32,000 nt of DNA from Candidatus Omnitrophota bacterium (GCA_963662715.1 OY759724.1:780001-812000), one strand, 5' to 3'. Shown: positions 7,952 through 16,679, counted from the first letter of the stretch. The notes: generated by a model not told the origin, from the sequence alone. Numbers and translations: made by a program.

Positions 7952-7980
7952 ATTATACCGGCCCCGCCTTTCCGTGTCTA
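7952..7980 (-). promoter_or_regulatory. Sigma-70-like promoter of the ACHX-tail / rSAM operon
   Basis: Minus strand reads TAGACA (7980-7975), a 17-nt spacer, then TATAAT (7957-7952). Confidence 0.45.
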
Positions 7981-8052
7981 GCAGTCATCCCAAAACCTGT
8001 GCGGGACCGGCCCAAGCCCGGGAAGACAGAATAAAACCCCGGCCGCTATGTC

Positions 8053-8081
8053 TTTTCAATTTGTTATTTCGTTGTTATAAT
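8053..8081 (+). promoter_or_regulatory. Sigma-70-like promoter of the divergent B12-rSAM / GT-C operon
   Basis: TTTTCA (8053-8058), a 17-nt spacer, then TATAAT (8076-8081). Implies a ~160-nt leader before the ATG at 8248. Confidence 0.4.
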
Positions 8082-8247
8082 ACAAGTTCACAACCGAAAT
8101 ACAACCGTTTCTCGCGCAAAGCATCCTGGCTCAAAAATCAGCCTGATATCATCAACCGAACACATTCCGGGACCTTTGCGTTCCTCGACAGAGAATCTTA
8201 AAACTTCCTTTGGGTTTAGGAAGAATAATGACAACACCGGACAGACC

Positions 8248-9840
8248 ATGAAAATCACTTTCGTTGCCCTGGGCTGGGAACAACTCAGCATCTCCCTTCT
8301 TTCCGCTATCCTCCGGCGGGATGGACATCAAGTCCAGCTGGCTTACAGCCCCGGATTGTTTCATGACCGCTATAATCTGCATATCCCTCTCCTGGCCTCC
8401 CTTTTTAACGACCGCAAGAATGTCTTAAAAACCATTGAGAAGCAAAGACCGGATGTCCTGGCTTTCTCGGCCATGACCGGAACTTTTCAATGGATGCTGG
8501 ATATCGCGCAGGAAGCCAAACAATTCTTACCGGACGTAAAAGTGGTTTTCGGCGGCGTGCACACCTCCGCTGTCCCCGATCATGTCTTAAAACAAACACC
8601 CGTAGATTATGTTTGTGTCGGCGAAGGGGACGTCGCTTTCCGGCTCATCCTGCAGTCTATAGCCCGGGAGGATTTCACCTCCCCGATCCCCAATACCCGA
8701 TACAAATCAGCGGACGGCACCGTCATTCAGGGACCGCAGAACAGCTTCATTCAGGATTTAGACAGCCTGCCGATCTTCGACAAATCCATCTGGGAAGACC
8801 ATATCCGGCTGGGCGACATCTATTTCACAATGGCCTCCCGGGGCTGTCCTTTCCGCTGTACGTATTGTTTTAACAGTTTTTTCGCCAAGTTAGCCGATCA
8901 AAGGGAAGGGAAATACGTCCGGCAAAGAAGCGTCGACCATATGATGAACGAACTGCTTTATGCCAAAAGCCGGTACCGGTTAAAGCTGGTGGAATTCGAA
9001 GATGACATATTTACTTTCAATAAAAAATGGCTCAAAGATTTCTTGTACCAATACAGGAAAGACATCCGTATCCCCTTCCAATGCCTTTCCCACCCGTCTT
9101 TCATGGACGAAGAGGTCGTGCGGTGGCTGGCGGAGGCAGGCTGTCAGTTTGTCCAGATGGGCATTCAAAGCATGGACGAGGCCTTTAAAAACCGTATGAT
9201 AAAACGGTATGAAAAAACGCATCAGGTCGAAACTGTCATGAAAATCATGCGGAAATATCATGTTGATCTGAAAGTTGACCATATGTTTGGCCTGCCCGGA
9301 GAGCCTTTATCCGCCCAGGAAACCGCCAGGAAACTTTATACCAAACACCCGCCTTACAGGATACAGACCTTCTGGATGAACTACTTTCCCGGGACGGAAA
9401 TTGTCCAACAGTCTTTGGCTGACGGGACATTGAAACCCGAAGACCTCCGGGATCTTCAGGACGGGAAAAACATTGATTTCTACCGTGACAGCTCCAAGAC
9501 CGTTGATCCGGGGATAAAAAAAGTTTACCGGGCCTATGAAACAATTTTTAAACTTATTCCGATACTTCCACCTCCTCTCAAACAACGCCTCAATCCCCGG
9601 TTTTTCACAAAACTGCCCCAATGCCTTAATGAATGGATCAGCTTTGCTACTGATGTTATAAACGGATTGTGGCGAAGAAATCCTGACCACATCGGTTATG
9701 CTAAATACTATCTTTATCATATGTCCCGCTTTTTGCTTTTGAAATTGGGCCAAAAAGCCCTGCCCGCCACACGACCCCGAGAGAAGAAAAACGTCCCTGA
9801 TATGCTGGCCAATACCCGGCTTACAGAAAAACCGGTATAA
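8248..9840 (+). CDS. B12-binding-domain radical SAM protein (class B rSAM)
   Basis: N-terminal cobalamin-binding-type domain (VLAFSAMTGTFQWMLDIAQEAK...VVFGGVHTSAVPDHVL...DYVCVGEGDVAF), followed by ASRGCPFRCTYCFN (CX3CX2C). The start is moved to MKITFVALG at 8248. Confidence 0.85.
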   Translation: MKITFVALGWEQLSISLLSAILRRDGHQVQLAYSPGLFHDRYNLHIPLLASLFNDRKNVLKTIEKQRPDVLAFSAMTGTFQWMLDIAQEAKQFLPDVKVVFGGVHTSAVPDHVLKQTPVDYVCVGEGDVAFRLILQSIAREDFTSPIPNTRYKSADGTVIQGPQNSFIQDLDSLPIFDKSIWEDHIRLGDIYFTMASRGCPFRCTYCFNSFFAKLADQREGKYVRQRSVDHMMNELLYAKSRYRLKLVEFEDDIFTFNKKWLKDFLYQYRKDIRIPFQCLSHPSFMDEEVVRWLAEAGCQFVQMGIQSMDEAFKNRMIKRYEKTHQVETVMKIMRKYHVDLKVDHMFGLPGEPLSAQETARKLYTKHPPYRIQTFWMNYFPGTEIVQQSLADGTLKPEDLRDLQDGKNIDFYRDSSKTVDPGIKKVYRAYETIFKLIPILPPPLKQRLNPRFFTKLPQCLNEWISFATDVINGLWRRNPDHIGYAKYYLYHMSRFLLLKLGQKALPATRPREKKNVPDMLANTRLTEKPV

Positions 9841-9969
9841 CCTCATCGCTTGAGGAAAGAAAAATTATTTTCTTCCCTTTTAAAAAACATGAAAAATCAT
9901 TCCCAGAGGAACATAAAATTCGATATCATGGATTAAAAACAAATATCCTTTTCTAACCTCTTTTCAGAC

Positions 9970-11742
9970 ATGCTGAGAAAAAAATTCATTCACCTGCTCC
10001 AGAAAATTGCTGATGACCCGGTCCGGGGATTGATCATCTGCGCTTTATTAACCTGCCTGGCCTACAGCAACAGCCTTATGAACGATTTTCTCATCGATGA
10101 CCTGAGTTTCATAACCAGCTGGCCTCTCATAAGGGACATGCGGAATTTCCCGCAATTCTTCGGACCGCATAATCAGCCTCCCGGAGAAGAAGGCGTTTAT
10201 TCACCGCTAAAAACCCTTATGCACGCTGTGAACTACAATCTGTGGGGGACCAACCCTCTCGGTTATCATTGTGTGGCTTTGGCGCTGCAGATAATATCCC
10301 TCTTTTTTATTTACCGGCTCAGTTTTCTCATAACCAATAACCGGCTGATAACTTTCCTGACAACTCTGTTCTTCGGGCTTCATCCCGTCCATGTTGAAGC
10401 CGCCGGGACGAAAACAGGAAGCGTCGACACGACAGGCGTCCTTTTCATGTTCATTGCTTTTTATTATTATATACGGGCCCGCAATCACCTGATGCCTCTG
10501 GCCCAGGCCACTCCCCAGGATACCTATAATCGGGATTATAAAATCTCTCTGCTATTTGCAGCCCTGTCGACCTTCACTCATGAATTATGCCTCACGATCC
10601 CTCTCCTCTGGGGGCTGTACGAATGGTCTTATCCCCTGCCCGCCCCCAAAAAAATCCGCAGCCTCGCCATGCGGCTACTCCCCTTTCTGGCGATAACAAT
10701 CACTTACCTTTTTCTCAAACTGGGGATTCTGAAAAGCGTGGCCCGCGGAACGTATCTGGCTGACAGCTTCTATTTAACCATGCTTGTCATTATCAAGGTT
10801 CAGGTGAAAAATGTGTTGATCATGTTTTTCCCTTTTACCCTGGCCATCAAACATGTTATTTCAAAAGGCATTTTTGCCGTCGATGTCTGGGATTTCGACC
10901 AGCAGGCCGTCCTCGATCAATCCATCCTTGACCCGCAAGTCCTCAGTTCTCTCCTCTTCCTGGGTTTGATTGCGTATGCAGCTGTCTGGGCCTATAAAAA
11001 CAACCGCCTTGTCTTTTTCTGCATCAGCTGGTTTTTCGTCAGCCTTCTCCCTGCCGCAAACTTCGTGCCCATTGAATCCTTCTTTGCGGAACGTTATCTT
11101 TATCCCGCCTCATGGGCGTTTTGCTTATTGCTTGCGTACGGGTTTTCTTTATGGCTCGACCAGGAAAAAACCGGTTATATCCATATTCCGCAAAGTCAAA
11201 AGACTGTCCCGAAAGCCCGTGTCCAGGCGGTCTTGATCTTCGCTTTCTTGACCGTAACGGCTTTTTATTTAACGAGAACCTTTCTCCGCAACAAAGACTT
11301 CCGGGACAAGACCTCTTTCTTTCAGGCCGAGGTCAGGGCCAACCCGCAAAGTGCCGACTTATGGAACGGACTGGCTAACGCGTATCTCAGAGGCAGGCAA
11401 CCATTGAAGGCTGTTTATGCCTTTAAACGGTCCGTTGCGATTAAACCCCAAAATCCTCTTTATTACTTCGGCTGGGCTGAAGCCTACATGACATTGGAGG
11501 AATTTTCCTACGCCGAAAAAGTCCTGAATAAAGCTCTCGAACTGAAGCCGGATTACGCTGAAGCCTATTTCAACCTGGCTATTCTCAAAGTCCTTCAAGG
11601 GGACATGGACAAAGCAGAGCAACACGCTTCCAAGGCCTTTGATCTTTTCCACGAACAAGGACGCTGGGAAGAAGGCCAGGAATACAAGAAAGCTTTCTAC
11701 GAGTTCACCTACACGCAATCTTCCCCGAGAGACAATCCGTAA
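9970..11742 (+). CDS. Polytopic membrane protein with C-terminal TPR repeats; TMTC/PMT-like (GT-C fold) protein glycosyltransferase candidate
   Basis: About 10 hydrophobic segments. N-terminal NSLMNDFLIDDLSFITSWPLIRD resembles the TMTC/DUF1736 type. C-terminal TPR units (ADLWNGLANAYLRGRQPLKAVYAFKRSVAIKPQNP, YYFGWAEAYM..., EAYFNLAILKVLQGDMDKAEQH). Confidence 0.75.
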   Translation: MLRKKFIHLLQKIADDPVRGLIICALLTCLAYSNSLMNDFLIDDLSFITSWPLIRDMRNFPQFFGPHNQPPGEEGVYSPLKTLMHAVNYNLWGTNPLGYHCVALALQIISLFFIYRLSFLITNNRLITFLTTLFFGLHPVHVEAAGTKTGSVDTTGVLFMFIAFYYYIRARNHLMPLAQATPQDTYNRDYKISLLFAALSTFTHELCLTIPLLWGLYEWSYPLPAPKKIRSLAMRLLPFLAITITYLFLKLGILKSVARGTYLADSFYLTMLVIIKVQVKNVLIMFFPFTLAIKHVISKGIFAVDVWDFDQQAVLDQSILDPQVLSSLLFLGLIAYAAVWAYKNNRLVFFCISWFFVSLLPAANFVPIESFFAERYLYPASWAFCLLLAYGFSLWLDQEKTGYIHIPQSQKTVPKARVQAVLIFAFLTVTAFYLTRTFLRNKDFRDKTSFFQAEVRANPQSADLWNGLANAYLRGRQPLKAVYAFKRSVAIKPQNPLYYFGWAEAYMTLEEFSYAEKVLNKALELKPDYAEAYFNLAILKVLQGDMDKAEQHASKAFDLFHEQGRWEEGQEYKKAFYEFTYTQSSPRDNP

Positions 11743-11833
11743 AATTTTGCCCTCCGGATATTTTGTCTTCGTCAAATCAACACCTGGAACAGTTTTCCGG
11801 TCATGTCTTTCTGAAACAAAGCTTCCGGGACAT

Positions 11834-13537
11834 TCAAACAATGTTTTCCGTCACCGGGATACCGGCGGAGCCAACGATCATCTTATAATTTCCGGCCCCC
11901 GGGACAACGACAGGGAAAACATTTTTCCGCGGATCTATGGCGACCTCCAGAAGAAACGGCCCTTTTTCATGCAGGACATATTCTAAATATTCCTCAGGAA
12001 TATCCGGATGATCGAAACGCTTTGCTTTTAATCCGAAGCCGCGGGCAATTCCCGCAAAATCAGGACTCTCCTGAAATACGGACGCGGTGTATTGCTTCTG
12101 ATAAAACAGTTCCTGCTGCTGCCGAACGAGGCCCAGACATCTGTTATTCATAAGGATAATTTTCACGTTACACTGCAGCTCAGACAGTGTTGCCAACTCC
12201 TGAATGTTCATCAGAAGGGAACCGTCTCCGGAGACACAAATCACTAAACGGTCCGGATTTTCCAGCGCCGCCCCGATCGCCGCCGGAAGCCCGAACCCCA
12301 TTGTCCCCAAGCCTCCGGAAGTTAAAAATGTCCGCGGCCGTCTAAAAGGGTATGATTGAGCGGCCCACATCTGATGCTGCCCCACATCTGTTGTTATAAT
12401 GGCGTTTTGCCCGGCCGCGCGGCCTATACGCCGGATGAACCTGTTGGGGTCATCCGGAGGAGGCTCTCCCGGCGGACATATTGCTTTAAGCCGGCTGATC
12501 TCAGCCAGCCAGCCTTTTCTCTCCGACGTCTTAATACAGGATATCAACGGACCTAACACCTCTCCCATTTCGGCGACAATGCCACAATCACATAATTTGA
12601 TTTTATTCATTTCATCCGGATTGACGTCTACATGAATGATTCCCGCTTCCGGGCAGAACTCCCGGATATTCCCGGTCGAACGGTCGGAAAACCGCGCCCC
12701 CATCGCTATTAAAAGATCGCATTTTCTCAAAGCCAGGTTAGCGAACCTGCGACCGTGCATGCCCAGCATACCCAAAAACAGCGGGTGATCATGCGGCATG
12801 GCTCCCAACCCCATTAAAGATGTGGTGACCGGGATGGAATTTTTTTCCGCCAGCTTTTGTATTAAGCCAGTGCGGGAACAGTTAACGGCTCCGCCGCCGA
12901 TATATAAAACGGGTTTACGGGAAGCCTGAATCATCTTCGCAACAGTTTTAAGCTTTTCCGTCGATAAAGACCGGGGAGCCTTCTCGATACCCTGGTAAAA
13001 ACGGCCCGGCATCTCCGGCAAAGCATCAATGTCTATTTCCTGAAGCTGGATGTCCTTGGGGATATCAATCAGAACCGGGCCGGGCTTCCCGCTGTTGGCC
13101 AATTTAAAGCTTTCCGGCAAAACCGACAAAAGCTGTTCGGCTTTCTTGACGGCATAAACTTTTTTTGTGACCGGCTGCGCCATACGGGCGATATCGACTT
13201 CCTGAAAAGCATCTGTTCCCATAAGCCGTGACGGCACCTGTCCTGTAATAAATATAACCGGCACAGAATCCATTTTGGCATCAGCCACGGCTGTCAGTAA
13301 ATTCGTGGCCCCGGGGCCGGAAGTCGCCCAACAGACCGCCGTCAACCCTGTTGCCCGGGCCATGCCCTGCGCCATAAAGGCCGCCCCCTGTTCATGCCTT
13401 GCCAGAACATGCCTGATTCTGCTTTGTTTCAGCGCATGGTATAAAGGCAGGTTCGAGCCGCCGGGGATTCCGGTGATGATGTTTATTCCCGCTTTCTCCA
13501 GCAATCTCACTATGATTTCAGCGCCACGGTATTTCAT
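11834..13537 (-). CDS. ilvB: Acetolactate synthase (acetohydroxy-acid synthase) large subunit, biosynthetic type, ThDP-dependent
   Basis: MKYRGAEIIVRLLEKAGINIITGIPGGSNLPLYHAL, HVLARHEQGAAFMAQGMARATG, GPGATNLLTAVADAKMDSVPVIFITGQV, GGLGTMGFGLPAAIGA, SGDGSLLMNIQELAT. SD AGGAGAG lies upstream. Confidence 0.95.
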   Translation of the reverse strand: MKYRGAEIIVRLLEKAGINIITGIPGGSNLPLYHALKQSRIRHVLARHEQGAAFMAQGMARATGLTAVCWATSGPGATNLLTAVADAKMDSVPVIFITGQVPSRLMGTDAFQEVDIARMAQPVTKKVYAVKKAEQLLSVLPESFKLANSGKPGPVLIDIPKDIQLQEIDIDALPEMPGRFYQGIEKAPRSLSTEKLKTVAKMIQASRKPVLYIGGGAVNCSRTGLIQKLAEKNSIPVTTSLMGLGAMPHDHPLFLGMLGMHGRRFANLALRKCDLLIAMGARFSDRSTGNIREFCPEAGIIHVDVNPDEMNKIKLCDCGIVAEMGEVLGPLISCIKTSERKGWLAEISRLKAICPPGEPPPDDPNRFIRRIGRAAGQNAIITTDVGQHQMWAAQSYPFRRPRTFLTSGGLGTMGFGLPAAIGAALENPDRLVICVSGDGSLLMNIQELATLSELQCNVKIILMNNRCLGLVRQQQELFYQKQYTASVFQESPDFAGIARGFGLKAKRFDHPDIPEEYLEYVLHEKGPFLLEVAIDPRKNVFPVVVPGAGNYKMIVGSAGIPVTENIV

Positions 13538-13563
13538 TTTTTCTCTCCTTTTTTGTGTATCAA

Positions 13564-13714
13564 TAAAAAAGCCCCTGGCATCTCCGCCAGGGGCTCACAT
13601 ATTACAAATCATTCAGACAAAAGGAGGCCCCTGCCGGCAGACAAAAAATACGACGACGACAAGAAGGGCATTCCTGTTTCTTTGATTATGTGTCAGGCTG
13701 ATCTTACGTTTCAT
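13564..13714 (-). promoter_or_regulatory. ilvB attenuator unit 2: Val/Leu-rich leader peptide ORF (13714-13613) plus an intrinsic terminator (13564-13594)
   Basis: The leader encodes MKRKISLTHNQRNRNALLVVVVFFVCRQGPPFV*. The terminator is GCCCCTGGC-GGAGAT-GCCAGGGGC followed by U6, about 27 nt before the ilvB ATG. Leader codons CGG CAG GGG CC contain CAGGGGC, complementary to the terminator 5' arm GCCCCTG, which could form an antiterminator. Confidence 0.55.
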
Positions 13715-13726
13715 TTGAAAATCCCA

Positions 13727-13883
13727 TAAAAAAAGCTCCTGCCGTTTTCCGGCAGGAGCAAAATTATTAAAAATTTATACGTCTTTATGCCGGAAACAAA
13801 GACACACCGACCCCTACGCCTGCGACGAGTACGACAGGCACTAAGTTAAGGATCATATTGTTTCCGGATAAATTTCTCATCAT
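13727..13883 (-). promoter_or_regulatory. ilvB attenuator unit 1 (or a small hydrophobic peptide gene plus terminator): leader ORF 13883-13785 and terminator 13727-13759
   Basis: The ORF encodes MMRNLSGNNMILNLVPVVLVAGVGVGVSLFPA*. The hairpin is GCTCCTGCCG-GAAAA-CGGCAGGAGC followed by U7 on the minus strand. Confidence 0.4.
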
Positions 13884-14055
13884 GGTAACCTTGGATTAAA
13901 GGTAACACAAAAAAACGTAAAAGTCAAATGACTCTCTTTTGAGGCCGGCTTCACACCCCCAGGCAGACTATTTTCATGGACATGAATTTTTCCTTTGGTA
14001 TACTATTATTCTCAAGAAAAACCTCCGCCCCCCGGATAAAGGATTTAAAACCATC

Positions 14056-15255
14056 ATGACAAATACAAGTCTCGATTCTCTGCCCCGGGATTTTATCTGC
14101 CGGGCCTGCCCGAATGGATGCCACCTGCGCCTGTTCATCCTGCCAGAAAACCAAATAGATATCCAAGGGAACAAATGCCCCAAAGGCGCAGCCTATGCCT
14201 TACAACGCCTAGACAAATCATGCGGAACAAACCCCATTTCTGCTGTCGCCCTGCCGCCTGCCGTCCGGCAGAACGGGAAGCGCCCTGTCCCGCATGGCTC
14301 TGCCTGTTCCGATGAGGAACTCGCTGAAATTGTTCGCTTATGGGGGTTATCGCTAAAAAAAACACTTCCTCACATTGATATTGCGGGAAGTCCGGAAAGA
14401 AGCCTTTTCCGTATTGCATTCGAATCGTCCGGAACCGAGCGTTTCATCCTTGAACAGATCCCTCCAAAGTCTTATCAGGAAAAACAGCGTATCGCCCGGA
14501 CTCTCGAATATCTGCACAATAAACAGCTGACGCGCATCCAGCCGTACCTTACCGCCGACAAAGACCATCGTTTTCTCCTTGAATACAAAGACCATTTCTG
14601 GCAAATTATGCCTTTTATCCAGGGCGTCCCTTTGGACAGAACAACTTATATCTATGAAAAATGGCGGGGACGTCTGCTGGCGGAATTTCTGATTGAACTC
14701 AGGGATAAATCCAAGGATATCCCGGCCTTTCAAAAAAACCATTCCTTTTCCATGAAACATTATATTGATCGGCTTTATAAGCAAATCAAGCATTATCACC
14801 CGGTCATCGCAGCAGATATTCATCCCGTTGTTCACTTTCTGGAAACCGGATTCATGACCGTACACGATTCTCTTCCGGTCGCTTTTTGTCACGGAGATTA
14901 CCATCCTCTGAACATGATCTGGGATATTCAGGACATGAAAACCGTGATTGACTGGGAATTCACAGGGTACAAACCGGAAATTTATGATGCGGCCAATATG
15001 GTCGGATGTCTCGGGATGGAACATCCTTCGAGCCTGCTCAGCGACTTTGTCCTGGAATTCATCTCCCGGCTTCGAAAAGCCAGGATGATCAATGAAATCA
15101 GCTGGAGAAATTTTCCTGACTTTATGGTCGCAACCCGCTTCGGCTGGCTGGCTGAATGGCTGAAAAAAGCCGATACAGACATGATTGAACTGGAAATCAT
15201 TTATATGAAACTATTGATGGAGGAAAGAAAAAGATGGGTTGAGGCGTGGTATTAA
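14056..15255 (+). CDS. Fusion of a DUF1667-like Cys-rich domain with an APH/choline-kinase-family phosphotransferase
   Basis: N-terminus ICRACPNGCHLRLF...IQGNKCPKGAAYA is the DUF1667 pattern. C-terminal kinase motifs are FCHGDYHPLN (HxDxxxxN) and VIDWEF. The start is moved to MTNTSLD at 14056. Confidence 0.75.
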   Translation: MTNTSLDSLPRDFICRACPNGCHLRLFILPENQIDIQGNKCPKGAAYALQRLDKSCGTNPISAVALPPAVRQNGKRPVPHGSACSDEELAEIVRLWGLSLKKTLPHIDIAGSPERSLFRIAFESSGTERFILEQIPPKSYQEKQRIARTLEYLHNKQLTRIQPYLTADKDHRFLLEYKDHFWQIMPFIQGVPLDRTTYIYEKWRGRLLAEFLIELRDKSKDIPAFQKNHSFSMKHYIDRLYKQIKHYHPVIAADIHPVVHFLETGFMTVHDSLPVAFCHGDYHPLNMIWDIQDMKTVIDWEFTGYKPEIYDAANMVGCLGMEHPSSLLSDFVLEFISRLRKARMINEISWRNFPDFMVATRFGWLAEWLKKADTDMIELEIIYMKLLMEERKRWVEAWY

Positions 15256-15259
15256 TCCC

Positions 15260-15661
15260 TCAAGGGATATCTTCTTTGCCGTAAATAGCGAACAACAAAT
15301 GAGAAAAAGTCACATAAACATACATGATCAGGCTTAACCGATGCATGCTCTGGCCGATGCTCAAAGCAAAAACCCAGTTCATCGAGTAGAAGAATGTCAG
15401 GAACAGAAAACTTCCCAGGGCAATGATCCGTGCCCCGAATTTACGGTCCTTAAGCAGGGTCCACCAATACACGAAAAAAAGTCCCCCTAATGTTATGGAA
15501 GCTTTCAGGGAATCGCTGATCACGGGTCCCCACTGGAAAAACCGCTCCGACTGCCCGGAGAGCTTGATCAGGATAAAAAACAAGCTGTAGATGATGATCA
15601 TCCAAGTCGCTATCAAAGCGTTAATCCAGATGCTGTAAGACTTACCCACGGTATTGTTCAT
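15260..15661 (-). CDS. Small integral membrane protein (4 predicted TM segments), unknown function
   Basis: Hydrophobic segments IWINALIATWMIIIYSLFFILI, ITLGGLFFVYWWTLL, IIALGSFLFLTFFYSMNWVFAL, LIMYVYVTFSHLLFAIY. The start is chosen at ATG 15661, because the longer track ORF overlaps the DUF523 gene. Confidence 0.55.
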   Translation of the reverse strand: MNNTVGKSYSIWINALIATWMIIIYSLFFILIKLSGQSERFFQWGPVISDSLKASITLGGLFFVYWWTLLKDRKFGARIIALGSFLFLTFFYSMNWVFALSIGQSMHRLSLIMYVYVTFSHLLFAIYGKEDIP

Positions 15662-15770
15662 CAACCGGCCCTGGTCTATTCTCCCTTTAAGATTAATAAA
15701 GTGGATATCAGGCGGATATCCCCCATTTCCCCGGAAGACAACCCTGCCTGTCGCCCTCACGACAAAGGCC

Positions 15771-16193
15771 CTAGGGCAATTCTTCTTCCGAAAAAACTTC
15801 AATGCCATTTTCTTTCAAATAGGATGTGGTTACCCCATCCCCCGGGATAAGCGTCCCGGTAAAACTCCCGTCATATATCTGCCCGTGCCCGCAAGAAGCG
15901 CTCCGCTGTTTCAGGATAGCCTGCTGGACGTCGAAAAGACGGGCGATTCTCAGAACCTCCTGAGCCCCTTTCGTGAAGGACTGTGTCACATCTTTACCTT
16001 GACGGTCGATGACCCGGGCTCCTTTCTTCTCCGCCGGTTCCCTGGGGACGGACAGCCCCCCTAACTGCTCCGGGCAGACAGGGATCAAAACATCTTTTTT
16101 CAGCAAAGCAATAACTTTTTGATGCGGCTTGCTTTTCCCGTCATACCGGCAACAAACACCCAGCAAACACGCACTGCACAATTTCAAAGACAT
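15771..16193 (-). CDS. DUF523 family protein (TudS-like Fe-S protein family)
   Basis: N-terminal CSACLLGVCCRYDGKSK and VCPEQLGGLSVPREPAE are the characteristic DUF523 Cys motifs. Confidence 0.8.
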   Translation of the reverse strand: MSLKLCSACLLGVCCRYDGKSKPHQKVIALLKKDVLIPVCPEQLGGLSVPREPAEKKGARVIDRQGKDVTQSFTKGAQEVLRIARLFDVQQAILKQRSASCGHGQIYDGSFTGTLIPGDGVTTSYLKENGIEVFSEEELP

Positions 16194-16410
16194 GAGAATT
16201 TTTTTTGCATGACATCCGATATTGTAATTTGATTACTTCTATTCTACCAAATATTTCTGATGAATTCACAATTATCCTAAAAGCTTTTCCCCCCTTCAAA
16301 TAGCCGCTAGCTTCCCGGAAGGACCTGCCCGGGCTGTCGGGAGTTCCCTCCCTAGTCCATAAAGGCGTATTCATCAAGGACCCGTTAAACTGCCGGGTGA
16401 TGACGGCCGG

Positions 16411-16451
16411 AAAAAACAAAAAGGGGACAAAACTATAAAAGTTTTGCCCCC
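16411..16451 (-). terminator. Rho-independent terminator of the csp gene
   Basis: Minus strand: GGGGCAAAAC-TTTTATA-GTTTTGTCCCC followed by TTTTTGTTTTTT, about 28 nt after the stop at 16479. Confidence 0.7.
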
Positions 16452-16478
16452 TTTTAATCGGATCTATTTTTCGCAGGG

Positions 16479-16679
16479 TTAAATCTTGACTACGTTTTTA
16501 GCCTGCTCACCTTTAGGACCATTGGCGATTTCAAACTCGACTTTTTGTCCTTCCTCCAAGGTTTTGTAGCCGTTCCCCTGTATTTCGCTGTGGTGTACAA
16601 ATACATCTTCGCCAGATTCAGGAGTAATAAATCCGTAACCTTTTTGGTTGTTAAACCATTTGACTGTTCCTTTTGCCAT
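16479..16679 (-). CDS. cspA: Cold-shock protein, CspA family
   Basis: [34 protein letters not shown]... carries the RNP1 (KGYGFI) and RNP2 (VFVHH) motifs. SD AAAGGAGG. Confidence 0.97.
   Translation of the reverse strand: MAKGTVKWFNNQKGYGFITPESGEDVFVHHSEIQGNGYKTLEEGQKVEFEIANGPKGEQAKNVVKI

Noticed and set aside
8088-8247. Possible cobalamin riboswitch in the ~160-nt leader of the B12-binding radical SAM gene
   Set aside because: I could not find a B12-box-like element (AGYCMGGAGACCKGCC-type) or the expected multi-stem architecture by eye. Only weak 4-5-bp pairings are present. An Rfam scan would settle it.
14353-15024. 223-aa minus-strand ORF antisense to the kinase gene. Similar cases are 9307-9846 antisense to the B12-rSAM gene and 11359-11841 antisense to the TPR gene.
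   Set aside because: The sense-strand genes carry clear catalytic or TPR motifs. The antisense frames have no motifs or SD sequences.
16141-16419. 92-aa minus-strand ORF between the DUF523 gene and csp
   Set aside because: It starts inside the csp terminator region and overlaps the DUF523 start. It has no SD and no recognisable motif.
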